Assembly: GCA_036918135.1 (NCBI GenBank)
Contig: JBALDB010000027.1
Location: 29,559-93,558 of the forward strand
Direction: 5' to 3'
Source: Nostoc sp.
GTDB lineage: Bacteria > Cyanobacteriota > Cyanobacteriia > Cyanobacteriales > Nostocaceae
Length of the DNA: 64,000 nt
Part shown: positions 32,129-41,601 of the stretch, piece by piece
Layout of the letters: the number at the start of each line of letters is the position of its first letter
How positions within the stretch are numbered: the first letter of the stretch is position 1
Notes under the pieces: generated by a model
The model's input: only the letters and a program-made list of their open reading frames with translations
What the model was told of the DNA's origin: nothing
Databases searched by the model: none
Position numbers and translations under genes: made by a program

Positions 32129-33019
32129 ATGCCTTGGTCTCGGATTATTAGTGGAATTATTGCGATCGCTCTTGCTCTTTGTGTGACCCTTTTGGGGGGT
32201 TGGTACTTTACCATCATGTTTGCGGTTGTGGTCTTTTTGGGTCAACAAGAATATTTTAATTTGGTGCGAGCTAGAGGCATTGCTCCTGCTGCTAAAACAA
32301 CTATCGCAGTTAGCCAAGTTTTGCTGGTGATTTGTACCCTTGATGGCAGTTTAGCTGATGCTGTGATGCCAATAGCTGGCACATTAATTTGTTTTTATCT
32401 GCTGTTTCAACCCAAATTTGCCACTATCGCGGATATTTCCGCTTCAATTATGGGGCTATTTTACGTTGGTTATTTACCGAGTTACTGGGTGCGGTTACGA
32501 GCGATTGATAGTGCTGCTTTTAGCAATCTCCCTTTCGGAGGCTACTGGCCCACAACTTGGACAGATTTCTGCCAAAAGGCAAATTCTACCTCTTTACCAC
32601 AAGGTTTGACAGCAACGCTGCTGACTTTGTTATGTATTTGGGCAGCCGATATTGGTGCTTATACTATCGGCAAATTCTTTGGAAAAACCCGTTTATCGGA
32701 TATTAGTCCGAAAAAAACCGTAGAAGGTGCTGTGTTTGGTATTACCTCAAGTGTCGCTGTAGCTTTAGCTGGAGCTTACTATCTGCACTTGCCTAAATCT
32801 GTGTTTACTGGCCTGGCATTGGGTTTACTGATTGGCATAGCTAGCCTTTTAGGGGATCTCACCGAGTCTATGCTCAAACGAGATGCCGGAGTCAAGGATT
32901 CGGGACAGTTAATCCCTGGCCACGGTGGTATTTTAGACCGTACTGATAGTTATATTTTTACAGCTCCTTTGGTTTACTATTTTGTTACACTACTTTTGCC
33001 ACTACTCGCAGACGGGTAA
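32129..33019 (+). CDS. cdsA: Phosphatidate cytidylyltransferase
   Basis: WAADIGAY, ISPKKTVEG and KRDAGVKDSGQLIPGHGGILDRTDS. Confidence 0.96.
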   Translation: MPWSRIISGIIAIALALCVTLLGGWYFTIMFAVVVFLGQQEYFNLVRARGIAPAAKTTIAVSQVLLVICTLDGSLADAVMPIAGTLICFYLLFQPKFATIADISASIMGLFYVGYLPSYWVRLRAIDSAAFSNLPFGGYWPTTWTDFCQKANSTSLPQGLTATLLTLLCIWAADIGAYTIGKFFGKTRLSDISPKKTVEGAVFGITSSVAVALAGAYYLHLPKSVFTGLALGLLIGIASLLGDLTESMLKRDAGVKDSGQLIPGHGGILDRTDSYIFTAPLVYYFVTLLLPLLADG

Positions 33020-33290
33020 GATTGTCGCGCAAACAGTGCTGAATGCTGAGTTAACTTCAGTTCAATACATTCTGAAGAAACCCGTTTCTATTCTTCTAAG
33101 AGAAACGGACAAAGGCTAAAAAAAACCCTATTCTTTCGTACAAGTTGGAGATTTTTTACCCTGACCTTTGTCGGGTTGGGGTTAAGTTCCGTTGAACTCA
33201 AGTTGAGTTAGGAGCCTGACTACAGACGTTTGGGTTGCTTTGCTTAGGAGCAAGCGCACAGGCGGCACACCACCCGCTACGAATAAAATT

Positions 33291-33383
33291 CAGGACTTAC
33301 GCAAAAATAACGCAATTCTGTCATTGCGACCAGAGGAAAGCAATCGCAAAGCCTTATTTTTAGTCACGAGTGCGTAAGTCATA
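33291..33383. mobile_element. MITE-like element with IS-type terminal inverted repeats
   Basis: CAGGACTTACGCA ... TGCGTAAGTCATA; internal GTCATTGCGA...AAGCAATCGCA palindromic motif; no clear TSD. Confidence 0.65.
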
Positions 33384-33644
33384 AAATAAACAAGTCAAAT
33401 CCTCTTCCCTTCTGACTTCTGCCTTCTGCCTCCTGCCTTGTTTCTTGAGAGTTAACAGTTAAAAGTTATGAGTTACAGCCGTAGTCACACTCTTTAGGAC
33501 ATAAGGATAGGGTGAAAGAAGAGAGTTAGCAATAGTTTTACCTCCTGCCTCCGCGCTAAAGCCTCCTGCTATACTCTCGCCCTACACTTCCCACATCCCA
33601 ATAAACGCTATATTATTTAAAATTAGATATTAACATTTTGAATC

Positions 33645-34358
33645 CTAAGGATTAACGTTAATCCGCCCACGACACAGTAGTTTGCCTGGGATCAGCGTTA
33701 GTTCTTGAATATCAACATCTGAGCCAAGATCCAAATTGTACCCATGATTGTCTTGGAATAAATCTCTCTGGTCATCTTTGATTTGGATATCTGTCAGTTG
33801 CAATTCATGACCATTGAGTAACTGCAAGCCCAGACAGACCTTTACAGGTGTTGTTTCACTATTGGTGACTCTCAGACCAACGAGTATAATTCGGTTGTTA
33901 TTAAGAATAATTTCTTGCCAATTAATGGGTTGTGTTTTTGGGCAATGTGTTGGTAAAACCTTAACCAGTAGATCGCTTAATGCAGTCGATAATAATTCAG
34001 ATGAGAGAGAAGCATTGAGATCTTTCTCGTCTATGGTCAAATCCCCAACAACTGGTACTATTTGTAACAGTCGCAAGGGCTGTCCCTTGAGTATTGACCC
34101 GATATTTATCTGAATATTTTCTGCTATTAATCGAATTTCTGTAATTAGGAGTCCTTGATAAACTGCATGAGTAGCAAAAATAGATACCGCAGGAATGCGT
34201 CCAGAGAGTATTTGCCGATCGCTGGCTTCGATCTCTACTTCTAGTTCAGATATCTGGCTGACTTGCGCTCTCAACCACAGCTTTAGTGCTGTTGTTAGTA
34301 CTTGCGTAATTATTCGGATTTTGTTTACATTTGTTGTTTGGGAATTTTGCTCTGACAT
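33645..34358 (-). CDS. DUF2993 (LmeA-like) protein
   Basis: ALKLWLRAQV, QILSGRIP, AVYQGL and DLNASL pattern. Confidence 0.75.
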   Translation of the reverse strand: MSEQNSQTTNVNKIRIITQVLTTALKLWLRAQVSQISELEVEIEASDRQILSGRIPAVSIFATHAVYQGLLITEIRLIAENIQINIGSILKGQPLRLLQIVPVVGDLTIDEKDLNASLSSELLSTALSDLLVKVLPTHCPKTQPINWQEIILNNNRIILVGLRVTNSETTPVKVCLGLQLLNGHELQLTDIQIKDDQRDLFQDNHGYNLDLGSDVDIQELTLIPGKLLCRGRINVNP

Positions 34359-34492
34359 CTAACTAATGAAGTTTATGAGTATTTGCTCAACAACCGACGA
34401 ACTTAAAGTTTGCCTTAAATGTAACATTTATGCCTACTTACTACAAAATGCAAATATCATTTAATAGTTAACAGGAAATCAGCAATTTCTAC

Positions 34493-35275
34493 ATGGAGGC
34501 ACGGTTACAAAAAATTCTCGCTCAGTGGGGTATTGCCTCACGTCGTGAAGCTGAAGAAATGATTAAGCAATCACGGGTGCGGATCAATGGGGTATTGGCA
34601 TATTTAGGTCAAAAAGTCGATCCCGAAAAAGATGCGATCGCTATTGATGGCAAGCTGATATCAGCAAAGCAGCGTCCAGCTTTAATTTATCTGTTGCTGC
34701 ACAAACCAGCTGGAGTAGTTTCAACTTGCTACGATCCTCACCAAAGACCAACAGTCTTGGATCTACTACCGAAAGAATTACGAGAAGGTTCGGGTATTCA
34801 TCCAGTTGGGCGTTTGGATGCAGACTCCACAGGAGCATTAATCTTGACGAATGACGGAGACTTGACATTTGGACTAACCCATCCACGTCACAGCATTTCC
34901 AAAACGTATCGTGTTTTGGTAAAAGGAAATCCTCCAGAAGCAGTATTGCGGATGTGGCGTCAAGGTGTGGTATTGGAGGGTAGAAAAACACGACCCGCTA
35001 AGGTACACCTGATAGAACGTTGTGCTGAAGGTAGCCTTTTAGAAATTGTTTTACAGGAGGGAAGAAATCGCCAAATTCGTCGCATAGCACAACAATTAGG
35101 GTATCCAGTAATCCAACTCCATCGAAGTGCGATCGGCTCAATTCAATTACAAACACCAAAAGAACCCTTTTTAGCAGAGGGTAAATATCGGTTCCTCAAA
35201 GCTCGTGAGATTAATTTTTTGCAAGAGATGATAAACGATAATTCATCAATTCCGAATTCAGAATTGAGAATTTAA
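34493..35275 (+). CDS. rRNA pseudouridine synthase (RsuA/RluB family)
   Basis: S4 domain RLQKILAQWGIASRR, HPVGRLD catalytic motif, EGRNRQIRR. Confidence 0.95.
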   Translation: MEARLQKILAQWGIASRREAEEMIKQSRVRINGVLAYLGQKVDPEKDAIAIDGKLISAKQRPALIYLLLHKPAGVVSTCYDPHQRPTVLDLLPKELREGSGIHPVGRLDADSTGALILTNDGDLTFGLTHPRHSISKTYRVLVKGNPPEAVLRMWRQGVVLEGRKTRPAKVHLIERCAEGSLLEIVLQEGRNRQIRRIAQQLGYPVIQLHRSAIGSIQLQTPKEPFLAEGKYRFLKAREINFLQEMINDNSSIPNSELRI

Positions 35276-35591
35276 GTAGGTAAGAGTTTGAGAGCGCCAA
35301 GTAATTGTAGACTATCCTGTGGGTGACGCTCCTGAGCCTTGTATTAGCGAGTGTGCGTATATTCTGATTTGCTAACGCTCTTAAATGCGCTAATCACCTA
35401 CATAAGAAAATTTTCTTGCACTGTTGGCTCACCAAATCGTAGATTTGTCTAGGGGTTTTAAACCCATTTATTCATCACAAAAGTAGCTATATAATTCACC
35501 CTGAATTCTGACTTGTGAATTCAGCAATTCATCAATTATTGTTCAAACAACCTATTAAATGATTTAGTTGAGTTAAGGAGTGTCATAAGGC

Positions 35592-36425
35592 ATGAAATGG
35601 CCAAGAAAGAAAAATAATCAGCAGCCCTCACTTTCATTAGAACAACAAAGATCCCAAAAGTTGGCAGAAATAGGCGCTCAACTTTGGGCATCACGTCAAG
35701 AACAGGGTCTATCCCTGGAACAAGTGGTTGTATCGACCATGATTCCCCGACGATTATTGCAGGCTATTGAAGAAGGTAATTTAAACGATCTCCCAGAACC
35801 AGTTTATATCCAAGCTTTGATCGGGCAATTTGCCAACGCACTGGGCTTAAATGGAGCTGAATTGGCTGAGACTTTTCCGATCGATTCTCCACAAGTCAAC
35901 TCCCAACCTACTGCCAAGACTTCACCTTTGAATCAACTACGTCCTGTTCATCTTTACTTTCTTTACATATTGCTAATTTTATGCTCTGTAAATGGCTTAT
36001 CTCAGTTATTAAATAATGCCGTACTACAAGCAAGTAATACCCCGGAGCCAGACCCAGAACAAAAGTCGATTGTCAAACCAGAAATAGTCAAACCAGAACT
36101 AACCGAACCAAAACAGCCAATACAAGTTCAACCTGTCAGCGACACCTTGAGCGGCGTCAAACAAACAGAAGTTGTACAAATTGGCGTTACCTTAAAAGCC
36201 TCATCCTGGATTCGTGTAGTAGCTGATGGCAAAACAGAGTTTGAGGGTACTTTACCAGAAGGTACTCACCGGATTTGGAAAGCCCAAGAGCAACTAACGG
36301 TAAAAACTGATAATGCTGGCGGTGTCTTAATGAGCGTTAATCAAGAGAAAGCCAAAGAAATGGGAGAGCCAGGTAAAGAAGAAGAAATTAGGATTGCAGC
36401 TGCTAAACCCAAGCTTTTGAGATGA
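35592..36425 (+). CDS. RodZ-like HTH + TM + DUF4115 protein
   Basis: LLQAIEEG...LPEPVY HTH, single TM, SWIRVVADGK...NAGGV. Confidence 0.85.
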   Translation: MKWPRKKNNQQPSLSLEQQRSQKLAEIGAQLWASRQEQGLSLEQVVVSTMIPRRLLQAIEEGNLNDLPEPVYIQALIGQFANALGLNGAELAETFPIDSPQVNSQPTAKTSPLNQLRPVHLYFLYILLILCSVNGLSQLLNNAVLQASNTPEPDPEQKSIVKPEIVKPELTEPKQPIQVQPVSDTLSGVKQTEVVQIGVTLKASSWIRVVADGKTEFEGTLPEGTHRIWKAQEQLTVKTDNAGGVLMSVNQEKAKEMGEPGKEEEIRIAAAKPKLLR

Positions 36426-36534
36426 GGAAGGAAGAAGACGCTCTGACACAAAGAAAGAAAACCCAAAAGGTCGGAGATATGGTAAAAGAATTCTCTATAT
36501 CCTCGCGTCAGAGCGTCAGAGTGTCAGTGCATCC

Positions 36535-38043
36535 TTAATTTTCTTGCGGTGCGCGTCCATTAATTTCAGTGAGAACTTTTAGCCTTGAGCTTAATTCCTC
36601 TGTTATCGCTCCTGCTTGATAACGCCACTCCCAGTTCCCCTCAGCAACACTGGGAAAATTCATCCGCGCTTCGTTTCCTAATCCCAAAATGTCTTGTAAA
36701 GGGATAATTGCTTGATTGGCTACGGAACTCAATGCTAGTCGAATTAAATCCCAGTGGACTCCTTCAGGACTAATACAACCTAAATAGAGCGATAAGTTTT
36801 GCTTTTCGGACTCAGTAGCTGTATTGAACCAACCTACAGTTGTGTCATTATCGTGAGTGCCAGTATAAACTACAGCATTTCTTGGGTAATGGAATGGTAA
36901 AAATGGATTTTCAGGATCGGAAGTAAAGGCAAACTGTAAAATTTTCATCCCAGGAAATCCATACTTGTCTCGCAGGGCTTCTACCCCTGGTGTAATTACT
37001 CCTAAATCTTCTGCCAAGACGGGTAACTTGCCGAGTTTATGTCTAATTGCTTCAAAAAAAGCATCACCAGGCGCTTGTATCCATTCGCCATTTACAGCAG
37101 TTTCTTCGCCTTTGGGTACAGCCCAATAAGCCTCAAAGCCTCGGAAGTGGTCAATGCGAATAATATCTACATAATCCAGCATTGCTTCAAAGCGTTGTAC
37201 CCACCATTTAAAATCTTGTTTTTGCAGTTCTTCCCAGTTATAAACTGGGTTACCCCACAACTGACCCGTGGCACTAAAGTAATCTGGTGGAACTCCTGCC
37301 ATTTGGGCTGCTTCTCCCGTTTCTTTGTCTAGGCAAAACATATCGGGATGTGCCCACACGTCAGCACTATCATGAGCTACGTAGATGGGGATATCACCGA
37401 TAATATGAATGCCACGCATATTGGCGTAACTTTTGATATCTGACCACTGACGAAAAAACTTAAATTGAATGAATTTATGATAGAAAATCTCTTCGGTAAG
37501 CCGATGCTGTACTTGCTCCAATGCTTGTGGTTCGCGCTTGACAAGTTCTGACTCCCATGCGTGCCAGTTTGAGTTATGGTTGACATCTTTGAGCGCCATA
37601 AATAAGGCGAAATTATCTAGCCAATACGCTTTGCTATCGCAAAAACCACTAAACTCTTGCTGCTGGAAAGGTGTAGCATTGGTTTTAAAGTTTTCACAGG
37701 CTTTTTTGAGTAACCCCATTTTAATCGGCACAACCTGCTGAAAGTCTACCTTTTCTGCTGGAAATGTTGGTAGATTAGCAAAGTCTTCTTCAGTTAGCAA
37801 ACCGTCTTCTTGCAATTTTTCTGGGCTAATTATTAGAGGATTTCCCGCCATTGCCGAGTAGCACATATACGGGGAATTACCAAATGCAGTTGGGCCCAAG
37901 GGTAAAACTTGCCAATATTGTTGATGGCTTTCTTTGAGAAAATCAACGAAGCGATATGCTTCTAAGCCTAAATCCCCAATGCCAAATCGACTGGGAAAGG
38001 AGGTAGGATGCAGCAAAATGCCACTAGATCTAGGAAAAGGCAT
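36535..38043 (-). CDS. malQ: 4-alpha-glucanotransferase
   Basis: GILLHPTS, GVPPDYFSATGQLWGNP, RIDHFRG, AEDLG and YTGTHDN. Confidence 0.97.
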   Translation of the reverse strand: MPFPRSSGILLHPTSFPSRFGIGDLGLEAYRFVDFLKESHQQYWQVLPLGPTAFGNSPYMCYSAMAGNPLIISPEKLQEDGLLTEEDFANLPTFPAEKVDFQQVVPIKMGLLKKACENFKTNATPFQQQEFSGFCDSKAYWLDNFALFMALKDVNHNSNWHAWESELVKREPQALEQVQHRLTEEIFYHKFIQFKFFRQWSDIKSYANMRGIHIIGDIPIYVAHDSADVWAHPDMFCLDKETGEAAQMAGVPPDYFSATGQLWGNPVYNWEELQKQDFKWWVQRFEAMLDYVDIIRIDHFRGFEAYWAVPKGEETAVNGEWIQAPGDAFFEAIRHKLGKLPVLAEDLGVITPGVEALRDKYGFPGMKILQFAFTSDPENPFLPFHYPRNAVVYTGTHDNDTTVGWFNTATESEKQNLSLYLGCISPEGVHWDLIRLALSSVANQAIIPLQDILGLGNEARMNFPSVAEGNWEWRYQAGAITEELSSRLKVLTEINGRAPQEN

Positions 38044-38205
38044 ATTTAACCTGAATTAGGGGAGCAAGCGATCGCCACAATAAAATACTACGCGATCGTA
38101 TCGAATTTATCATGGAGTATTTGCACAGTAAATCAAGTAAACTCATTTTGTTTGTGATTAGTCATTTATCCTTGACTAATTACCAATGACCATTGACTAA
38201 TTATT

Positions 38206-38637
38206 ATGACTTACCGCAATCCTACACCGACAGTTGATATCATCATTGAACTAGTAGACCGACCTCATCGGCCAATAGTGTTAATTGAAAGACAGAATTC
38301 ACCTTTAGGTTGGGCTATTCCTGGCGGTTTTGTGGATTATGGAGAAGCGGTGGAAGTGGCGGCGCGGCGAGAAGCCGAGGAAGAAACGGGTTTGCAGGTG
38401 AAGTTAGTTGAACAATTACTCGTGTATTCCGACCCAAATCGCGATCCGCGTCAGCATACGATTAGCATTGTGTTTTTGGCAACGGCGATGGGGGAACCTG
38501 TAGCTGGGGATGATGCTAAGGGTATAAGTATTTTTGAATCTTGGCGCGTGCCTAGTAATTTATGTTTTGACCACGATCGCATTTTGCAGGATTATTGGCA
38601 ATATCGGCATTATGGAATACGTCCCAGGTTAGGGTAA
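38206..38637 (+). CDS. NUDIX hydrolase
   Basis: [24 protein letters not shown]. Confidence 0.92.
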   Translation: MTYRNPTPTVDIIIELVDRPHRPIVLIERQNSPLGWAIPGGFVDYGEAVEVAARREAEEETGLQVKLVEQLLVYSDPNRDPRQHTISIVFLATAMGEPVAGDDAKGISIFESWRVPSNLCFDHDRILQDYWQYRHYGIRPRLG

Positions 38638-38761
38638 AGATTGAGAACCATCCAAATAAAGGTGTTCTTAAATAGTCGCGGCTTTGATATCAGAAAGAAT
38701 TGGCAATTAATAGACGATAGAAATTGGTAAACAGGTAGCATCGTTAGAGAAAGTAATATCT

Positions 38762-39157
38762 ATGACTCGTAAAGTAATTCGTACTGATAACGCCCCCGCA
38801 CCAGTCGGCCCTTATAATCAAGCGATCGCTGCTTCTGGTCAATTGTTATTTGTAGCTGGACAAATTGCTATCGATCCTCGCCTTGGTGATGTTGTCTACA
38901 CTGATGATGTCAAAAAGCAAACTGAGCAAGTAATGGCTAATTTGGAAGCCATCCTCACAGCAGCCGGAGCAACTTTTGAAGATGTGGTGAAAACTACTGT
39001 TTTTCTGGCTGACATGAATGATTTTGCGGCAGTGAATGCCGTTTATGCTAAATATTTCCCAGAAAATACAGCCCCAGCACGGGCTTGTGTGCAGGTATCG
39101 CGCTTACCTAAGGATGTGTTGGTAGAAATTGAATGTATTGCGGTGATTAGCGGTTAG
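38762..39157 (+). CDS. ridA: RidA/YjgF family deaminase
   Basis: [21 protein letters not shown] and LVEIE. Confidence 0.93.
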   Translation: MTRKVIRTDNAPAPVGPYNQAIAASGQLLFVAGQIAIDPRLGDVVYTDDVKKQTEQVMANLEAILTAAGATFEDVVKTTVFLADMNDFAAVNAVYAKYFPENTAPARACVQVSRLPKDVLVEIECIAVISG

Positions 39158-39310
39158 TGCGAACAAACATCCTCACAATCAAAGCTTGGGACTACACAAA
39201 CGATGCCTATCAACCCAGGTTTATTTTGCTCAAATTCTTGTCAATTGCTCCCATTAATTTGCAGCCAAGGGAGACTTTCACCCTACTAGAGTAATTCTTT
39301 AAAATTAAAT

Positions 39311-39591
39311 ATGGATTGTCAAAAGCTGGTTTTTTCGCGTCATGCTATCCAACAGATGTTTTTCATCGGATTAGCTCAAGCGAAGTCGAAGCTGTAGTAA
39401 CTTATGGTGAAATTATAGAAGAAAATCCGAATGATACCCCTTTTACCAGTTATCTTTTATTTGACTTTGTTGAAAATAAACCGATTCATGTTGTTTTTTA
39501 TTATGTTGAATTAACAAATACCGGATACATTGTAACAGCTTATATTCCTGACCGAAATCTTTGGTCAGATGATTTTAGGACTAGGAGATAA
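39311..39591 (+). pseudogene. DUF4258-family putative toxin, frameshifted
   Basis: MDCQKLVFSRHAIQQMF, then a 1-nt deficit in a T5 run (39359-39363); resumes HRISSSEVEAVVTYGEIIEE...IVTAYIPD. Confidence 0.75.
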
Positions 39592-39596
39592 TAGCT

Positions 39597-39821
39597 ATGT
39601 AATGTGTACTTTGTAAGCATGGAGAAACAAAACTAGGCTTAGTAACTGTAACTCTAGAAAGAGACGAGTCTATTGTTATTATTAAGAAAGTGCCAGCAGA
39701 AATTTGTGAGAACTGCGGAGAATATTACTTGGATGATACGATTACTGAACAAGTTTTACAAAGAGCAGAAAATGCTGTGAATAATGGTGCAGAGGTTGAA
39801 ATTATTCGATATGCAGCTTAG
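39597..39821 (+). pseudogene. YgiT/MqsA-type zinc-finger antitoxin with nonsense codon 2
   Basis: ATG TAA then CVLCKHGET...KKVPAEICENCGEYYLD...EIIRYAA; two CxxC motifs. Confidence 0.8.
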
Positions 39822-39878
39822 ATTCTTAAATACTGCAATTTGATAAAATAGAACTATAAATTCTGGTTAAAAGGGTAA

Positions 39879-40142
39879 ATGATGAACATTGAACTCAAAC
39901 CCGAACATGAGCAGTTTATCCAAGCTCAAATTGCTAGTGGAAAATTTACGAATGCAGATGAAGTAATTGATGTAGCATTTCAATTGCTAGAAAAATTAAA
40001 TTCAGAGTATGTCCAATGGGTGGAAGAAACTCGGCAAAAAGTAGAAGTTGCAATCGCTGAGATTGAACGCGGTGAAGTTTTGGATGGCGAAACTGTAGTA
40101 ATGCAGATTCTAGAAAAGTTCCAAAAAGCACGTGAGGCTTAG
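39879..40142 (+). CDS. ParD-like (RHH) antitoxin
   Basis: MNIELKPEHEQFIQAQIASGKFTNADEVI...GEVLDGE; directly upstream of a ParE-like gene. Confidence 0.85.
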   Translation: MMNIELKPEHEQFIQAQIASGKFTNADEVIDVAFQLLEKLNSEYVQWVEETRQKVEVAIAEIERGEVLDGETVVMQILEKFQKAREA

Positions 40143-40144
40143 GA

Positions 40145-40450
40145 ATGAGTCGCTATGTTATTTCACTATCTGCAAGTCGTGACTTAAATGAAATTTCTAA
40201 TTACTTTTTAATCCGAAACCTGGAAGCAGGAGAAAAACTATTTAGAGAGTTTAACAATAAATGCCAAAATTTAGCAGTGTTTCCAAATATGGGACGCAGT
40301 TATGCTCATATTAAACCTTCATTGCGTGGCTTGCCATTAGATAGATATGTAATTCTGTACTAAATAATTGATGATGGGGTTAAAATTTTGCGCGTTGTCA
40401 GCGGTCGTCAAGATTTAAAATCTTTATTTGCAGAGTTGGATGATGAGTAA
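40145..40450 (+). pseudogene. RelE/ParE family toxin with internal stop
   Basis: MSRYVISLSASRDLNEI...FPNMGR...YVILY, TAA at 40361-40363, then in-frame IIDDGVKILRVVSGRQDLKSLF. Confidence 0.85.
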
Positions 40451-40607
40451 AGCCATAAATTGTGTTAAGTGGAATGAAAAAATATAGAGACATTATTTGG
40501 CTTACTGTAAAGTGCAGATAATAGTCTCTTAATTACTTATTAACAAACGCGATCGCCTCTACAACTTTGGGAATACTGGAATTAAGTATCCTAAAGGAGT
40601 ATTAAAA

Positions 40608-41081
40608 ATGGTAGAAAATCGTGTCAGTGCCAGCTTAACCCCAGCAGATAAGCAAGCAGTCATGCAGGCGATCGCTACAATTAAAGAAAAATTACCATTT
40701 TTGATTGATTTGACCCCCGGAGACCGACGCACGATGCTGAAAATGGGAGATAAAAGTCGGGCTTTTGTCAGCAAAGCCTTGGAAGTGGCGACACAAAACC
40801 CTAACTTTTTACCCCGTTCTTTTGATTTGGAAGAGATGCGGCGGGACTTGGAAATATATGAGGACTTGTATCCGGTACTGTTATCTTTGACGCAACTGCA
40901 AGAACTCGTGGATGATACCTGTATAGCCGCAGCTAGCGAAGCGTATGCCGCAGCATTAGCAGTTTATAGCTATGCCAAAGCTAGCGGTGATGTCACAGGT
41001 TTAGATGCAGTCATTGATGAGATGGGACGTAGGTTTACGCGCCGTTCCAAGAAAAAGCAACCCGAAGTTCCAGTTAGCTAA
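40608..41081 (+). CDS. Uncharacterised all-alpha protein, 157 aa, with basic C-terminal tail
   Basis: AAGGAG RBS; LPFLIDLT...KMGDKSRAFV...QNPNFLPRSFD...LVDDT...SEAYAAALAVY...GRRFTRRSKKK. Confidence 0.85.
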   Translation: MVENRVSASLTPADKQAVMQAIATIKEKLPFLIDLTPGDRRTMLKMGDKSRAFVSKALEVATQNPNFLPRSFDLEEMRRDLEIYEDLYPVLLSLTQLQELVDDTCIAAASEAYAAALAVYSYAKASGDVTGLDAVIDEMGRRFTRRSKKKQPEVPVS

Positions 41082-41138
41082 AGCATAAAATAGGCGATAA
41101 GAGCAGTTATTAATTAAGTACGATACGCGTTCTTCTTG

Positions 41139-41165
41139 GGGGTATAACATTGTTATGCCCCTTTT
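41139..41165 (+). terminator. Hairpin plus T-tract after the 157-aa gene
   Basis: GGGGTATAAC-ATT-GTTATGCCCC-TTTT. Confidence 0.6.
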
Positions 41166-41247
41166 GCATCTTGAATCTAAAGATTTTTGAAACCTAAGAC
41201 AGGTAGGTTTTGTGTATGTAGCCGCGACTTTGAGTCGTTAGGGCATT

Positions 41248-41466
41248 TTTGAGCCTCAGAAGCTCAACTTTGAGCCTCAGAAGGTGAACTTTGAGCCTCA
41301 GAAGCTCAACTTTGAACCTCAGAAGGTCAACTTTGAGCTTTAGAAGCTCAACTTCGAGCCTTAGAAGCTCAACTTTGAACCTCAAAAGGTCAACCTTGAG
41401 CCTCAGAAGCTCAACTTTGAACCTCACAAGCTCAACTTTGAGCCTCAAAAGCTCAACTTTGAGCTT
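41248..41466. repeat. Tandem array of ten 21-bp units plus a partial eleventh
   Basis: Consensus TTTGAGCCTCAGAAGCTCAAC; units start at 41248 and every 21 nt to 41437. Confidence 0.95.
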
Positions 41467-41601
41467 AAATCAAGCTTAAATCAAGTTTAAGCGCCAAAAT
41501 TACTTAAAAAATTTTGATAAATTCCGAAATCCAGCGTACATATAGCGTACATATTTAGTAGTTATCCTGTAAACATTAGCACGTCAAAATTAAATCTGGT
41601 C

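Noticed and set aside
41248..41466. CRISPR array interpretation of the 21-bp repeats
   Set aside because: Units are contiguous with no unique spacers, and no cas genes are present in the window.
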